DNA of 64,000 bases from assembly GCA_963693365.1 (NCBI GenBank), contig CAVNZM010000010.1:2232001-2296000 (forward strand), in the 5' to 3' direction. The translations under genes were made by a program, and so were the position numbers. How positions within the stretch are numbered: position 1 is the first letter of the stretch; each line of letters starts with the position of its first letter. A model generated the notes under the pieces. That model was given only the letters and a program-made list of their open reading frames with translations, was not told the DNA's origin and did not search any database. Of the stretch, positions 1 through 30,284 are shown piece by piece. The DNA comes from Amoebidium appalachense (lineage: Eukaryota; Protista; Ichthyosporea).

Positions 1-119
1 ACCCTCCATCATTGTATCTGTTTTTATCACCACCCCCTAACATTGTATCTATTTTTATCACCACCCTCTAACATTGCATCTATTTTTATCACCACCCTCT
101 AACATTGTATGTATTTTAG
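1..119 (+). repeat. 31-bp tandem repeat (~3.8 copies) ending at a splice acceptor
   Basis: Units ACCCTCTAACATTGTATCTATTTTTATCACC start at 1, 32, 63 and 94. The last unit ends TTTTAG, the acceptor of exon 120. Confidence 0.9.
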
Positions 120-16611
<16,492 letters not shown>

Positions 16612-16884
16612 ATGGGCAATGCAAGTTTTACAAATATAACTTCTTTTACTGTTCGGGTTAAATGATAGACAGGGACGAATTACCTAGAGTGGTGCGCTCA
16701 GGTGTTTTCTTTCGTTGTAAACTTGTTAGTTTTTGAAATTCCGAATTCCATAGCACAAAGAGAATGGATTGTTCTTTCTCCTTGCGATCCCCTGGGCAGG
16801 ATATACCAACATGATGATACTTGAATGTGAAAGGAGTCGGGTTAGGCATACAATCATTTATGGCATATGTACTGAAGGTGATTA

Positions 16885-17038
16885 AAAGTATTTTTGTAGG
16901 TATTCGAATGACATATCAAGCTCTTGAGCATCTGTGTAGCGGTATCTTCTGAACCCTCCCCCCCCCCCCCCCCCCTCCCCCTCCCCCTCTACCCCTTCCC
17001 TTATTCTCTCTTCATTGATTCGTTTACATATCTTCTCT

Positions 17039-17070
<32 letters not shown>

Positions 17071-17078
17071 CCCCCCCC

Positions 17079-17111
<33 letters not shown>

Positions 17112-17480
17112 AGAAGAAGATATGTAAACGAATCAATGAAGAGAGAATAAGGGAAGGGGTAGAGGGGGAGGGAGAGAGGGGGGGGGGGGGGGTATTAGTA
17201 CCAACCGGCCAACTTTCAAGTTGGTGGCCACAATTCAGAATGTGTATTTGATTGCACACGATGCAAGTAGTTGCTGGCAATAAATTTCCCTGGGCAGCAT
17301 CACGGTGGGAGGGAAGAGGTGGGGGGGGGGAAAATGGCCCATTGCCTGGTCTATGGCCACTCTCCACAATAAAGAGTCTACCTAATACATAACAGTTGAA
17401 CTCATCCGGCGATAGACCATAAGCCTTCATGCATCTCGCTTTCACTAAATCATGTTTTCGTTGATTGACGGACCTAAATT
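16885..17480 (-). mobile_element. Degenerate Ty3/gypsy-like pol relic (RNase H region)
   Basis: Minus-strand translation DEFNCYVLGRLFIVESGHRP resembles the LTR-retrotransposon RNase H motif F..YL.GR.F.V.TDH.PL. Downstream QELDMSFEY resembles LQE.DF.IEY. The relic is interrupted by a palindrome and no LTRs are seen. Confidence 0.55.
16953..17193. repeat. Fold-back palindrome (~240 bp)
   Basis: Arm CTCCCCCTCTACCCCTTCCCTTATTCTCTCTTCATTGATTCGTTTACATATCTTCT (16981-17036) has its reverse complement at ~17115-17170. The centre is about T30-C9-A30 and the outer flanks are polyC and polyG. Confidence 0.95.
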
Positions 17481-17877
17481 TCGTATTTGGTTCTCTGAAT
17501 ACCACTTTCGTGCAGTTATACAACACTGAACCCCGAATGATCTCTGTGGTCATACGAGTCATGATCATGACCCTTCGGCTAAAACTTATACAGAACACCC
17601 CCATAGCAAAATTTTGGGTCAGTCCGCTTTTATGAAACTCTTTGAGCAAGCTTAAGGATATATGAACTTACCAGTGTCGACAATAAATTAACAGCACTAT
17701 CTACAACTTCCATCTTAGACTAATTTGACTTGTTCCCGTTTCTTTATAATTATAAACACAGCTCGATCACTGAAGTAACCCGGAAACTCCCATAGTACCT
17801 AATTGTTTGGTTATAGTTCAATTTACAATTTGCCTGCGAGTAATATTGCTACACGTATTGATCTGTTGGGGTTACAG

Positions 17878-18226
17878 ACAGTACCACGGACTTGGAAGAA
17901 TTGGGTGAATGCGACCGTATATACTTCGATGGCGATGCCAATGGCCCCCTGAGAGATCACAACATGACTGCTGCGCTATGCTCTGCACATTGCCAGAACT
18001 CACCAAGCTATGCCATGCTTGAAGGCTCCCTGTGCTTCTGTGGACGCGTTCGTGCTTATAATCCGACGGGGAATTTGGCCGGGTGGCAAAGAGACCGCTG
18101 GCACAACCCGTGCAACAGGCGATGCCCAGGAAACATGTTGGAGTTTTGTGGAAGCTCGACACATTTCCAGGTGTTCTGTCGCCTGACTAAAACTCTGGAT
18201 TCAGCCTGACTTCGTGGTGATCCAGG
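17878..18226 (+). pseudogene. Orphan WSC (carbohydrate-binding) domain exon
   Basis: The cysteine pattern MTAALCSAHC..YAMLEGSLCFCG...CNRRCPGNMLEFCGS..FQVF fits WSC. Acceptor at 17877, donor CAG|GTAAGT at 18227, in-frame TGA at 18207-18209. Confidence 0.7.
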
Positions 18227-18728
18227 TAAGTGAACAAACATTTCCCATTTTTTCCCGTGTGTGCTTCAACAGGCCAGGCCTATGCAGGCCATGTTCTCTT
18301 TCGGGCAAACATGAGTTGCTCTGTGTCAGTATATGGCATCTTGATACCTGAGGGATGGTAAACTGCTTACATTGGTTTGTGGTTACACGCAATCACTAAT
18401 GGTTTGTACGGAACACTTATGTGATAGAGCATGTCTGTGTTTATGAATGGGCGTGAGCATGAGTGTCTTGACAAGACTACCTACGGAAACCGTGATAATG
18501 ACATGGCCAGTTTCGTATTGAATTCCTGCTTCAAGCATGACGCCAAATTAAGGTCGGCGTTTTTGGCATATCGACGTCGGAGTATAATTGTATGGCTTTG
18601 CGTATATATATATCAGGTGCGAACATCCATTCATAGAAATTCCACACCCATATGCATCTAAGAGAACCCTGAGAAAACACTGTCACACAACCTTTTTAAA
18701 ACCACAACTCCCACCAAACACGGTTCCT

Positions 18729-19091
18729 TCATAGCGACAACACACTGTGTTGTACCGAAGGTGGGAGGTTAGCCGGGTTTGTAGGCAAAACTGTGATGGG
18801 TAGAAGCCACCTGAGTGGTTGAACGGGGACCCTATCGGGTGCATGGACCACTCTGTCTTCGGTGGATGGCGCTACACTGCTCTGTCTTTGGATGTTGGAT
18901 GTGTGGTCTGGTTGGGTGAAAAGGGGGAAGGTGAGAAAAGTGTGTTGGTGCGTAGGTCAGTAAGGTTAGGCAGGAGTGCTGATTATGCAATGCCGGTAAT
19001 GTTATCCGCATGTGCGCAGGCACGAACGAACACACGCAGGCACACAGGCACGCAGGCATGAAAGCACAAACCACACACGCGCGCACGTGCG

Positions 19092-19173
<82 letters not shown>

Positions 19174-19547
19174 TCCAACCCCCCCCCCCCCCCCCCCCCC
19201 CCCCCTCCCCCCCCGCGGCATGACATCGTTTGAGTGCCACATTTGTTTCAATTCAATCTCACACTATTGCAAATGCGCACACACGTTCACACAACAAAGC
19301 ACGTACACAACCTCGACAGGTGTCTCTCTGGACACCCACAAAATTACAAGAGCTCACAAATGAACTTCCGTTTGCTCCCCCCTCCCCTCCCCCCCCCCCC
19401 CTCCCCCCCTCCCCCCCTCCCCCCCCCCCCCCCCCCCCCCCCCCCGCCCTTTCCACCACCATCCCCCCCTCCCCCCCCCCCATCCCCCTTCTGCCTCTCA
19501 ACTGTTCTACAGCTTCCCTCATTCCTCCCTTCATTCATATTACCTCC

Positions 19548-19589
<42 letters not shown>

Positions 19590-19819
19590 AAGAAAAGAAA
19601 AGAAGAAAGAAAGAAATTGAAATCAACCCGCAGCCCTTACACCCCAACCAACCCACCTTGGTTTTCACCCATCTGCGGGGACGTAGGAATTGACCCCCTT
19701 CCGTCCGAGAGTGGTCGTGGCGTTCGTTCGGTGACAAACTCAAAACGAAGATACCACTGTAGCTTGACTGCAGGCAAATGAATTTTCAGAATTACGCTGA
19801 AATAAGAAATCCCCCCCCC

Positions 19820-19862
<43 letters not shown>

Positions 19863-19870
19863 ACCACACA

Positions 19871-19902
<32 letters not shown>

Positions 19903-19952
19903 CCAGCTCGATGAATATCAGAACCCCCCCTCCCCCCCTTCTCTCTCTCTCA

Positions 19953-19992
<40 letters not shown>

Positions 19993-20139
19993 CTCTCTCT
20001 CTCTCTTCTCCCCCCCCCCCCCCCCCCCCCCCCCTTCACCCTCCCTTTCCAATCAAAAATGGGTCATTACATTTCATATGACATCGAACCCCTCCCCCCC
20101 CCCCCCCCCCCCCCCCCCTCCACACACACACACAACACA

Positions 20140-20174
<35 letters not shown>

Positions 20175-20604
20175 GGTGCGTAATTAGATATCAAATTATA
20201 CCGAAAATAACCCCCCACCCCCCCCCAACCCGGCCGTCGCCTCCCCCCGTCAGAAAAACAAAACAAAACAAAACAAAACAAAACACCAGGACCCACCGAA
20301 TGTTGTTGCGAACTCTGGGGTTGCGGTGATGGGGATGGGTATGTTGATGTATGTGCGGCTGGTGTGCCGGCAGTATTCGAAGAACTCGGCATGCACCTGG
20401 GGTAGGTAAGGGTAAACACCGGATATATTCGGGTGTTCAGGAGATCTATTTGTGTGTGTGTGGGCGCGCGCGCGAGTGTGTGTGGTGTGTGTATGCGTGT
20501 GTGTACATGCGTACATATGCGTGTGTCTACAGGTGCGTGTGCTTGGGCGGAGGATGGGGGGAGGGGGGCAGGAGAGCAAGGGGGAGGGGAAAAGAATGTG
20601 TTGT

Positions 20605-20680
<76 letters not shown>

Positions 20681-20728
20681 ATGTGCGTGTGTTTGGGCCG
20701 AGAAGGGGGGGCACGGGGAAGAAGGAAG

Positions 20729-20767
<39 letters not shown>

Positions 20768-20973
20768 CGTGAGAGTGTGTGCGTGAGAATGTGTGTGCGT
20801 GAGTAAGTGACTAGGTGACTGTGTGTGTGTGTGCTCGAGTGTGATGGCTTGTTCTGCGCATGCGTGCATATGTTTTTGGAAAGAGGGGAGAAGGGAGAGA
20901 GGGAAAAGAGGTGACGGGGTGTGCATGTTTTGTTTTAGTTTTTTTTTTTTTTTTTTTTTTTTGTTTTCTTTTT

Positions 20974-21025
<52 letters not shown>

Positions 21026-21258
21026 CTGGGGAAGGGGGAGAGGTAGCAAGGGTGAGGAATGGGAGGCTGGAATTGGGGCATATGGATGTACTTCCGTCCT
21101 ACCTTTGGGCGTATGGGCACGGGGGGGCCGACGGGTTTGTATTCCTCCACAACCCCTTCGCATGTTTCCAGGGCCACACACACCTGCAAAACACAGATTT
21201 TAATAATACATTGCTTGCACGTTTCTGCTTCTCTTCTCTTTTCCTTTTGCCTTTTTCT

Positions 21259-21298
<40 letters not shown>

Positions 21299-21496
21299 CC
21301 CCAGCGTTTTTTGTTTGTTTCTTTGAGCCCGATGTTGTTTCTTCTTTACTTTTGTTCTTGTTTTTGTTCACTCGTTTCTCTACTTTTTTCGTTCTGTTTT
21401 TCCCATCTTTCTTTTCTTTTTTCGTTTCTTTCTATCTGCGTGTGCCCCCCCCCCCCCCCCCCCCCCCCCCTTCCCCCCCCCCCCCCCCCCCCCCCC

Positions 21497-21550
<54 letters not shown>

Positions 21551-21739
21551 GACACAACAACAAAAAAGCATGCATGCCCACAGAACACGAAGAGTGGTTC
21601 GGCGGATTTGTGGTAGTGGTGGTGGTAATGCCGTGAGGGGGGTTTGGGGGGAAGGGCTTTGGGGGGGGTCCTGGGATCGGATGGGTGCAAATCAGATTGT
21701 TAATAAAGAGAAAATCACAAGGGAATGAGGGCATTTGTG

Positions 21740-21796
<57 letters not shown>

Positions 21797-22112
21797 TGTG
21801 TGTATGTGGATACGAACACACGTGCGTGTGTGCACAAGGGGTGTGAGTGAATGCGAGTGCGCCTGTGTGTGTGCCCGCATTTTTCCTTTTCCTTTTTCTT
21901 TTTCTTTCGTTCTTTCTTTCTTTCTTTTTATTTTTTGGAGGGGGGGGGAGGGGCGGACGGGGGGGGGGGGGTAGAATGAGTTATCAAGTACGGAGTACAC
22001 ATTCATGATGGACAAAACAATGCAGAGTGCAAACCACGGGGCGGGGAGGGGGAGGGGGGAGGGAGGGAGAGCCCCGGTGTGTGTGTGTGGGGGGGGGGGG
22101 GGGAGGGGGGGG

Positions 22113-22144
<32 letters not shown>

Positions 22145-22244
22145 AGTGTGGGTAGAAACCTGGTGACAAGGAAGGGCAATGCAGAGTGCAAACCACGGGG
22201 CGGGGAGGAGAGGGGGGAGGGAGGGAGAGCCCCGGTGTGTGTGT

Positions 22245-22330
<86 letters not shown>

Positions 22331-22491
22331 GGAGTGTGGGTAGAAACCTGGTGACAAGGAAGGGTAGCACCATCAAAGTCCAATTGGCCCAAAACCTCCT
22401 CTCCCAGACGGTATGTGGGTTTGAACAAAGTGAACATACACACTGTCGTGTCCCTGCTACCTATGCGGTACGTGTCTGTATGCGTGTGTGT

Positions 22492-22533
<42 letters not shown>

Positions 22534-22672
22534 AGGGGGGAGATGTGTATGTGTGTGCGTTTGGGGGGGGGGGGGGGGGGGGGGAGGAGGGAGGGGGGAT
22601 GTGTGGTGTGTGTGTTAGCAAGACACTCCAACCGAGTCCCATTATCAAAGGATGAGTTTCAACTGTGCATCC

Positions 22673-22707
<35 letters not shown>

Positions 22708-24204
22708 CCCTCCTCCCGGGAAGGCAATCGATTCTACTACCCACACCCTATTCCCCAGCTAGCATGTAGTTACAAAACTCCTCAAACGCTTAATCACACA
22801 TCCCTCCTCCCCCTCCCTCCCCCTCCCTCCTCCCCCCCCCCCCCCCCTCCCGCCATCCCTGCCCCCCCAAAATAACTCCCCTGCTCATGCCCTCACACCA
22901 CATGTCCGCTCACACACACACAACTCCCCCCTCCCCCCGCCCCCCTCCCCCCTCCCCCCCCCCCCCCCAAAAAAAAAATAAATAAAATAAAATAAAATAA
23001 AAAATAAACACACACACACGCACACCCGCTCCCGTAACCACTCCCACGCTCACCCACTCATTACAAAGCCATAGCCGAAAACATGCAGAAACTTGGGGAG
23101 AAAAAAAAAAAGGAAAATAATAATAATAATAATGAAAATGAAAAAAACATTACAAACACCCACAAAAACCTTACGTGGTCTATTGCTCCCATACTGCCTT
23201 AAAGTCATGGTAGCAAGCCTGTGCAAAAGTCCCTTTAACACTGCAGCGTCAACTTCCGTAGGTGTGGCGTAGGAATCCAACACTCCCTCTTCCTCCCTCT
23301 CGTTTTCCTGTTTCGTTTTCGCCGCTTTTTCCAACTGTTCGATTCGCTGTTTCGCCTCTTCGATCGCCTTTTGGAAAAACGGGTTCGAACACGTAATTCG
23401 CGAAATGTCGTCTTTGGATAATACACTCTCGAGCCCTGTGGACGTCCCTACGCTACCGGAGCTTTCGACATTTCCGGAATTTTTTCCGGGGGATTTGGAA
23501 TTTCCGAAATTTCCGGAACTTCCGGGATTTTCCAATTTCTCGAATCTGACTTTACCGTTTTCCGTCGGTAAGGGTGACGGTGCGGGGGATGGGTTGGGGG
23601 TTTTTGCTTTTGTTCCCGTGGGGGGATTTGACGGGTGTATGTTGTCGTTGCTATAGCAGGCGAGGCTGCTTCTTCGAATTAGAGATGAGGTCCCACCCTC
23701 CGGCCCTAAAAAGGAAAAAAAAAGAGTGTTAGTTAGGGGTAGGGGTTATGCTCAGCATAAAACGAAAGACAAAAAAAAGGGGGTTTGGTGATAGTGGAAC
23801 GTGCAGGAAGGAGGATTTTCAGGGTAGGAGCATGGAGCCTCTTTTCGGGTTTTTCATTCTCTCCCCCCTTACCCCCCCCTCTCCCCCTCCCCCTCCCCCG
23901 GCCACCGCCCGCTTGCCCGTCCACGACTCTCTGTTGCTAACTCTTTTTCTGGGTCTCCCCCCCCCCCCCCCCCCCCAAAAAAACCCTTTTTTGTGTGTGT
24001 GTGTGTCATGGAGAGGGGGGTCGGGGGGGGAAAGTAGAGCATCAGAGGGTGTGGAAGCAAACGAACACACCGTAAATGAAAACCAAAACCACAAATCAGG
24101 TGTGCAGGGGCGAAACACCTTTGGAAGAGGGGAAAGGGGGTGGGGGGGGGGGGGGGGGGGGGAGGGGCGGGGGGAAGAGAGGAGGAAACACAAGGAATGG
24201 GGGG

Positions 24205-24236
<32 letters not shown>

Positions 24237-25106
24237 GGGAGGGAGAAAGGGGGAAACGGAGAGAGAGAGGGAGGGGGGAAGGAGGGAGGGGAAGAGGGAG
24301 GGGTTGAGGGAGGAACGGGGGGAGAAGTGGAGGGGGAGAGAGGGAGAGGGGGAGAGGAACGGGGGAAGGGAGTGGGAGACGGAGTAGGAGAGGCGAGGGG
24401 AGGGTGGGAGGGTGGGTGGGAGGATGGGTGGGTGGGTGGGTGGGTGGGTGCGGGACGCAGGGGGGTTTCAATGCGTCAAAAAGTACGAAGTACACAAGAA
24501 CAAGCGGATAACACGATGCAGAATGCAAGCCATACATAAAGAGTATGCATAATAAGCAGAGCCCATCCTCAGGGGGGCCCACAGGGGGGGGGGGGGGGGG
24601 GGGGAAGGGGGGGGGGAGGGGGGGGGGGGGGGGAAGGGAGGGTGAGGGCGGAAGGGCAAGAGGGGGAGAGAGCGGGATGGAGGGATGGAGTGAGGGAGGG
24701 GTGGGGAAAGAGTGGGGGGGGGAGAGAAAAAGCAGGAGAGAGAAGGGGAGAGTCAGAAAGAGAAAGAGACACAGAGAGAAGGAGGGAGGGAGAGAGAGAA
24801 CCACAGCAAGAGGAAGAGCGTGAGAACTAGAGTGAGAGCGTGTGCGCGCTCGTGCGAGAGAGGGAGAGAGAGAGAGGGGGGGGGGGGGGAGAGGGAGAGG
24901 GAGGGAGGGAGAGAGGGAGAGAGGGAAGGGGAGAGGGAGAGGGAGGGAGGGAGGGAGATAGAGAGAGAGAGAGAGAAAGAGAGAGGGAGGGAGGGAGAGA
25001 GAGAGTGAGAGTTTGAGAGAAAGAGGGGGAGGGGGGGGGGGGGAGAGAGAGAGATGGGAGAGGGGGGGGGGGGGGGGGAGAGAGAGAGAGAGAGAGAGAG
25101 AGAAGG

Positions 25107-25145
<39 letters not shown>

Positions 25146-25217
25146 GGGGAGAGAGAGAGCCAGGGAGGGAGGGAGGGAGGGAGGGACAGGGGGGGGGGGC
25201 CGGAAGAGCATGGATGT

Positions 25218-25300
<83 letters not shown>

Positions 25301-26273
25301 CGCGTGCGTGTGTGTTGTCATTCATCTGTGCAAGCACTTTCCAGTGTCCCCTCACCCAATGATGGCTTCCATCATTTGATCTACTAAATGTTTGGCCGAC
25401 CTTTTCCTTTGACGAACCACATGAAGTCAAGGGAACATAGGTTATAACACCCCCCAGGACAACTCACTATTCTCACAAGCAGCTACGGCTCTTTGTCCCC
25501 CCTCCCCCCCCTCCCCGCCCCCCACCTTCCCGCCGCGCCTCTTCCTATTCCGTTCACCACCTGTCTCCCCTCCCTCTATCCCGTCCCCTCCCCCCCCCCC
25601 CCCCCCCCTCCCCAACCCCCTCAACAGACAACTCCATACTGTCTTCCACTATCACAATCCGATCACAGCAATAACTCTCCCTCACTCCATAAAAACAAGT
25701 CCAAGGTGAGTTCACGAGAAGCGTTACCCATTCCCATGCAGCAAGAAAAGAAGGATTCATACCTTTACACTGGAAGATCTTGAGCGGCAACGAAACAGCC
25801 TGTGTCGGCTCGTTCAGTTTCTGCGCAGTGACCACTAGTCTATATGTGTATTTCACCGCTGTTCCCCTGTGTGTGGCCGGACCATCTTCCGGTAATTTTG
25901 CCGAATAATGAAACGTTTCGCTCTGCCCTGGGTCTAACTCAAGGTCGCAAAACAGTATATCAGCGGATGACTGGAAAACGGTGATGACCTGCCCCTCCCT
26001 AACTACTGGCATTGGTGGGGGTTGGAGGGATGTCACGCTATAACTAGCCCTCCTTAGAGGTGGGGAGTTTCCAGAAATGGGAGTGCTTGTAGCGGATCCA
26101 ACAGGGAAATGCACATAGCGTTTGTGAAGGGCTGCATGGCAGACAATCTGTGCCGTAGCCCACATGAGGGATTCCTTGCTTGTTCCCTTGTTTGTGAATC
26201 GGACCGAAGAGCGCACATTCTCTCCTGTGAAGTATGCCGTCGGCCGTTCTATCCAGACTCTGCCTTCTACCAT
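18729..26273 (-). CDS. RGP1: RGP1 homolog (Ric1-Rgp1 Rab6/Ypt6 GEF complex subunit)
   Basis: Exons 26273-25763, 23705-23175, 22475-22348, 21183-21103, 20396-20297, 19767-19657 (alternative donor ~19670), 18907-18729. Motifs [64 protein letters not shown] and [14 protein letters not shown] match recalled RGP1. Confidence 0.9.
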
Positions 26274-27763
26274 TCCTATAAGTATTGATGGATCGAAAGG
26301 CCACGATGCAGTGGCCTGACGAGTGGATGATGTCTATCTTTGCTAGGGTGGTGTTGTGGATGCGTGACACATGGCTCTCAGAGACGAGATTGAGTGTGTG
26401 TATGTGTGTGGGTTAGTGCCTTGCTCCCCCTCTATCTCTCTCCACTTGTGCGTGTGTTGTCTGTGGATTTGCGTGTGTGTGTGTCTGTGTGTTGTGTGTG
26501 TGTGATGTGTGTGTGTGTGTGAGTGTGTGCGCGCGTACGCGGACGGTTTAGCAACTGGTGAAAACAATTGGCCGTTAGTGTGCTCTCCTAAAGAAGCGTC
26601 TACTTAAACGTGTGTTTGCATGTTGCCAGAGGGCTAGAGGTAATGGATCTGTCCTAGTTATGGGTGGGTCCTTCTATGCTTCCCAATGCGTGATGAGCGT
26701 ATGACATGCCTTGCTGCGGCTGCTTAGAAGCTCAAGAAATTGATAATATGCTTAAAGCGAGAAAAGGTTTTTGCAAATCAGCGGATCTCTGAGACCAACC
26801 ATGTAGCATCACACCAAAAACTGCAACTCACTCTGCCTCATCACCTGACCAAACATGCACGAAAACTGAAAGAAGGTGATCAAATTGAGTTTTTCGACCA
26901 CTGAGCATATACAAGGCCAAAGTAAAGCCAAAGTAATGCTAAGAGATTCCTGTTACTTAGATTCAATCAACTCCCCTACTCTACACGAAAACTACAAGTC
27001 TTTTCACGTTTCCCGTTCAACATTTTTTGAAGACTAAAGTGAATGTGGTGAGTTGCTGGGGAGCCTTACGTAAGGCGAACATAGCATACGCTACGTGATT
27101 GGCTGGGTGCGCCACGCCCACTATAAGATTTCTATTGAAGACCGTGCATAAGATTCATGCCTCCCGGTAATATATACCCGTGATTAATCAGTATGGGCCT
27201 GTTTGGCAACCCGGGTTTAGGGTCCTAAATCCGGATTACGGGCGATTTTGGGTTTAGCGCTAAATCCAAATCTCAAAATCCAGCCGCTGCCAAACAGACG
27301 GCCAGATCCGGTCACGTAAATCTGGGTTTCAAACCCCTCGGACATGGCCGTAATCTGGATTCCACTAATCCACCTCGGGAGGTGGATTAGCGCGAAATCC
27401 TTTCAGGTCCTGAATGTCCGACCCAATGAATGTTCATTTTATGGAACTATATATGGTGTCCTTTTGCACCAATCGTCGATAGTTTGAAATGGCCAAAAAA
27501 GGATTGTTGAAAGGGCGCCAATTTCTTTCTTTTTTTTGTTATGGTGTGGGCGGGGGGATAGTGCAAGAAACATCTTTTACGGGTAGAAGTGAGTATGATG
27601 TAGTGATCACCGTTTGAAATCATTGTTTTAGTGTTCGGCCTCGCCGCCTGGTGCAGCATTAGTAGGAATACAAAAGTACTCAGAATGACCTTTGCAACAT
27701 CATGTGCAGAAAGGTGTGTGTGTGTGCAGTTTTTTTCTTTTCTTTTACCTACTATCTTTCTTT

Positions 27764-27813
<50 letters not shown>

Positions 27814-27863
27814 GGGGACGGGACGGACACATGTCACTGCACGATTCAGTGCTCATTTACTAT

Positions 27864-28811
27864 TCACCAGGCACCCTGTGCCCTGCTCGTGTAGTCAACC
27901 CACATAGCCGCTGGCTGCAGCAATTTGATCTCTTCTGGCATCTGCCTCTGCCTCGTCTTCTTGTTGGTTTTGGTTGCCCCTGCCTAACACAGAGTTAAAA
28001 AACATCAAGGCCTTTACATCAAGCATACAGTCTTATAAATCATCCCCCTACCCACCCCCTCCTTTCCCCTGGTTCCCCACACACACCAACAACGCTGCCG
28101 CCGCTCAGAGGCACACTCCATCCCAACTCGAGCAATATCAGTCACACCACAAAAACCACATCAAAAAAACGTGCAGACGCACACTCCAACCCATCTTGAC
28201 CCGTTGCCCACCACAAAACCAGAGAACAAAATAAAAACAAAAATAACTGAAAAACTGGTAGAGGAAGAGAAACAAAACCAAATGCAACCAAAGACTTACC
28301 ACGTGTAGGCAAGTTGTGCTGCTCTTCGTCTGAGTAGTGGCCATGCTCCTCCGCGTTGTGCTTTTTTATAAAGTTCATAAGTAGAAAGCACACAAGAATG
28401 ATCTTCGAGAGCATCTTAGGACAGTAGTTGGTGGCTTTCTGGAGTATCTGAAAGCGGTTTTTCAGCATACCATAGAACCGCTCAATGACCACCCGCGCCT
28501 TGGCATGCCTCAGGTTGAATAACTCCTTCGCATTCTGAGGACTAGAACACGACACATGAATAGACAACACCAGACACTTCAACATCAATATGACAGTGTG
28601 TGTGTGCGCGTGGCTGTTTGTGTGTGTGCATGTTCGTTTAGTGTGTGCACGCGGGCATGACTGTGCGGGCACGCGCGGACGCATGTGTGTGTGCGTATTT
28701 GTACACGTGAGTCTGTGTAGGTGTTTGTGCATGCGCGCACGACCTTCAGGTTGGATGTGTAAACTATCTATCTCTCTTTTTCTCTCCCTATCCACTCTCT
28801 CTGTGCATGTG

Positions 28812-28879
<68 letters not shown>

Positions 28880-30048
28880 GTGTGTGTGTGCAGAACAAAA
28901 GGAAACAGGAAAAGCACACTTTTTTACAGATGTAGGGAGGGAGTGATGGGTCGAGGGGCCTTCTTTTTTGGGGGGAGGGGGGAGGGGGGGAGGGGGGGGG
29001 GCCGGGGGGGGGGGGGGCTAAATACGCCATTGCTCCCGTCCCGTACTCCTTCAGATGATAGCGGACTCCTCTGTAGGGTGCCAAAATTTCGTTTGTGTTC
29101 GGGTAGCCCTGGTCACCCAGGTAAACTTTCCCCGTCGGCACACGTAAATTTTGTGGAGGGGGCTGCTCGAGGGCACAGTTCAACACTGTGCTGTCTGCAC
29201 CACATCCCTCCCCACCGGGCAAACAATATGTGGAATATGCTTCCCAGTCGCATGCACCCAATACATTTTGTGCTGTGAAACCTTTCCTGCACCGATACCG
29301 ATCAGCAGCCTCCGGTTTGACCTTGCACGGAACAAGAGTGCCATCAACTGCCCCGAGAACAATACGGAAGTAAGGCCAAAACTCAGGGTTTTCACGCACC
29401 CAACTAGGCACCATATATGACTCATCGGGTTGAATCATGTATTCTTCCCCGAGAGCAGCAAGCGTGGCATCGATGCCTTCTCGAAAACGCCTGCAGCACA
29501 CAATGATGTCTGATTATTTTCCACATTCCTACATATAAGCTTCATTGAAAACAACAGCAAAACCTTGAGACAGTGCACGCGCACGTGCACCCTGGACAGT
29601 GGAACCGTTGTGACACAACCCATTCGGATTGTTGTTTAACAAGCACAGACAAATGCTGCAAACACACAGCCAATAACATAATTCAACAGGGCAGGAGTCA
29701 TAGCACTACATACCGGCTCACGGTCTCGGTGCTGTGTTGGAAACGTTCGGCAACGTTCCTGACTGCAACACCCTGCCCAAGGGTATACAGCATCATGCAG
29801 GTAACTTCCTGAGCGTCCATGTTATCACTCTCTTCAATGAATGGAGCCAACTTCTCAACTAACTCCCTTGCAACATATGGACTCACGCGTAGGACATCGT
29901 TCACCCTTGTCTCGTGAGCTGTGCCAAGCAGTTCTTGCACATACTCTCTACCACTGAGCGGGGAAGTACGACAGGGCTCTTTGAGCTCTGGGCTATAGGT
30001 CAAGGCTGCAATCGCAGCCAAAACGGCTATGTTCCGGGCTGCATACAT
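27864..30048 (-). CDS. Harbinger/HARBI1-like DDE transposase (4 exons; frameshift near C-terminus)
   Basis: Exons 30048-29714, 29490-29026, 28541-28300, 27983-~27864. Motifs ERFQHSTETVSR, GAVDGTLV, RCRKGFTAQNVLGACD, YLGDQGYP, PYRGVRYHLKE, ELFNLRHAKARVVIERFYGMLKNRF, RDQIA..MWVDY. Confidence 0.88.
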
Positions 30049-30284
30049 GGTGAGTGTCTCAAATAAAACCGTATACAACTCAGCACTTTCGTGGTTTATT
30101 ACTGCTTATCACTATGGTGTATATGTGTAGTGGGTCTGCAATTGCAAGTCACCGACCGGTGATGAACAGCGTGACAGCTGCAGAGCAAATCTAACCCGAA
30201 ATCGTACGTGGGCTGTTTGGCATCCATGGGTTATCTACCCGGCTTAACCCAGGTTTCGGCTGAGATCCGGATTCTGCAGCATAA

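Noticed and set aside
16882-17649. 255-aa ORF as an intact gene
   Set aside because: It reads through a homopolymer palindrome; only short retrotransposon-like motifs are recognisable.
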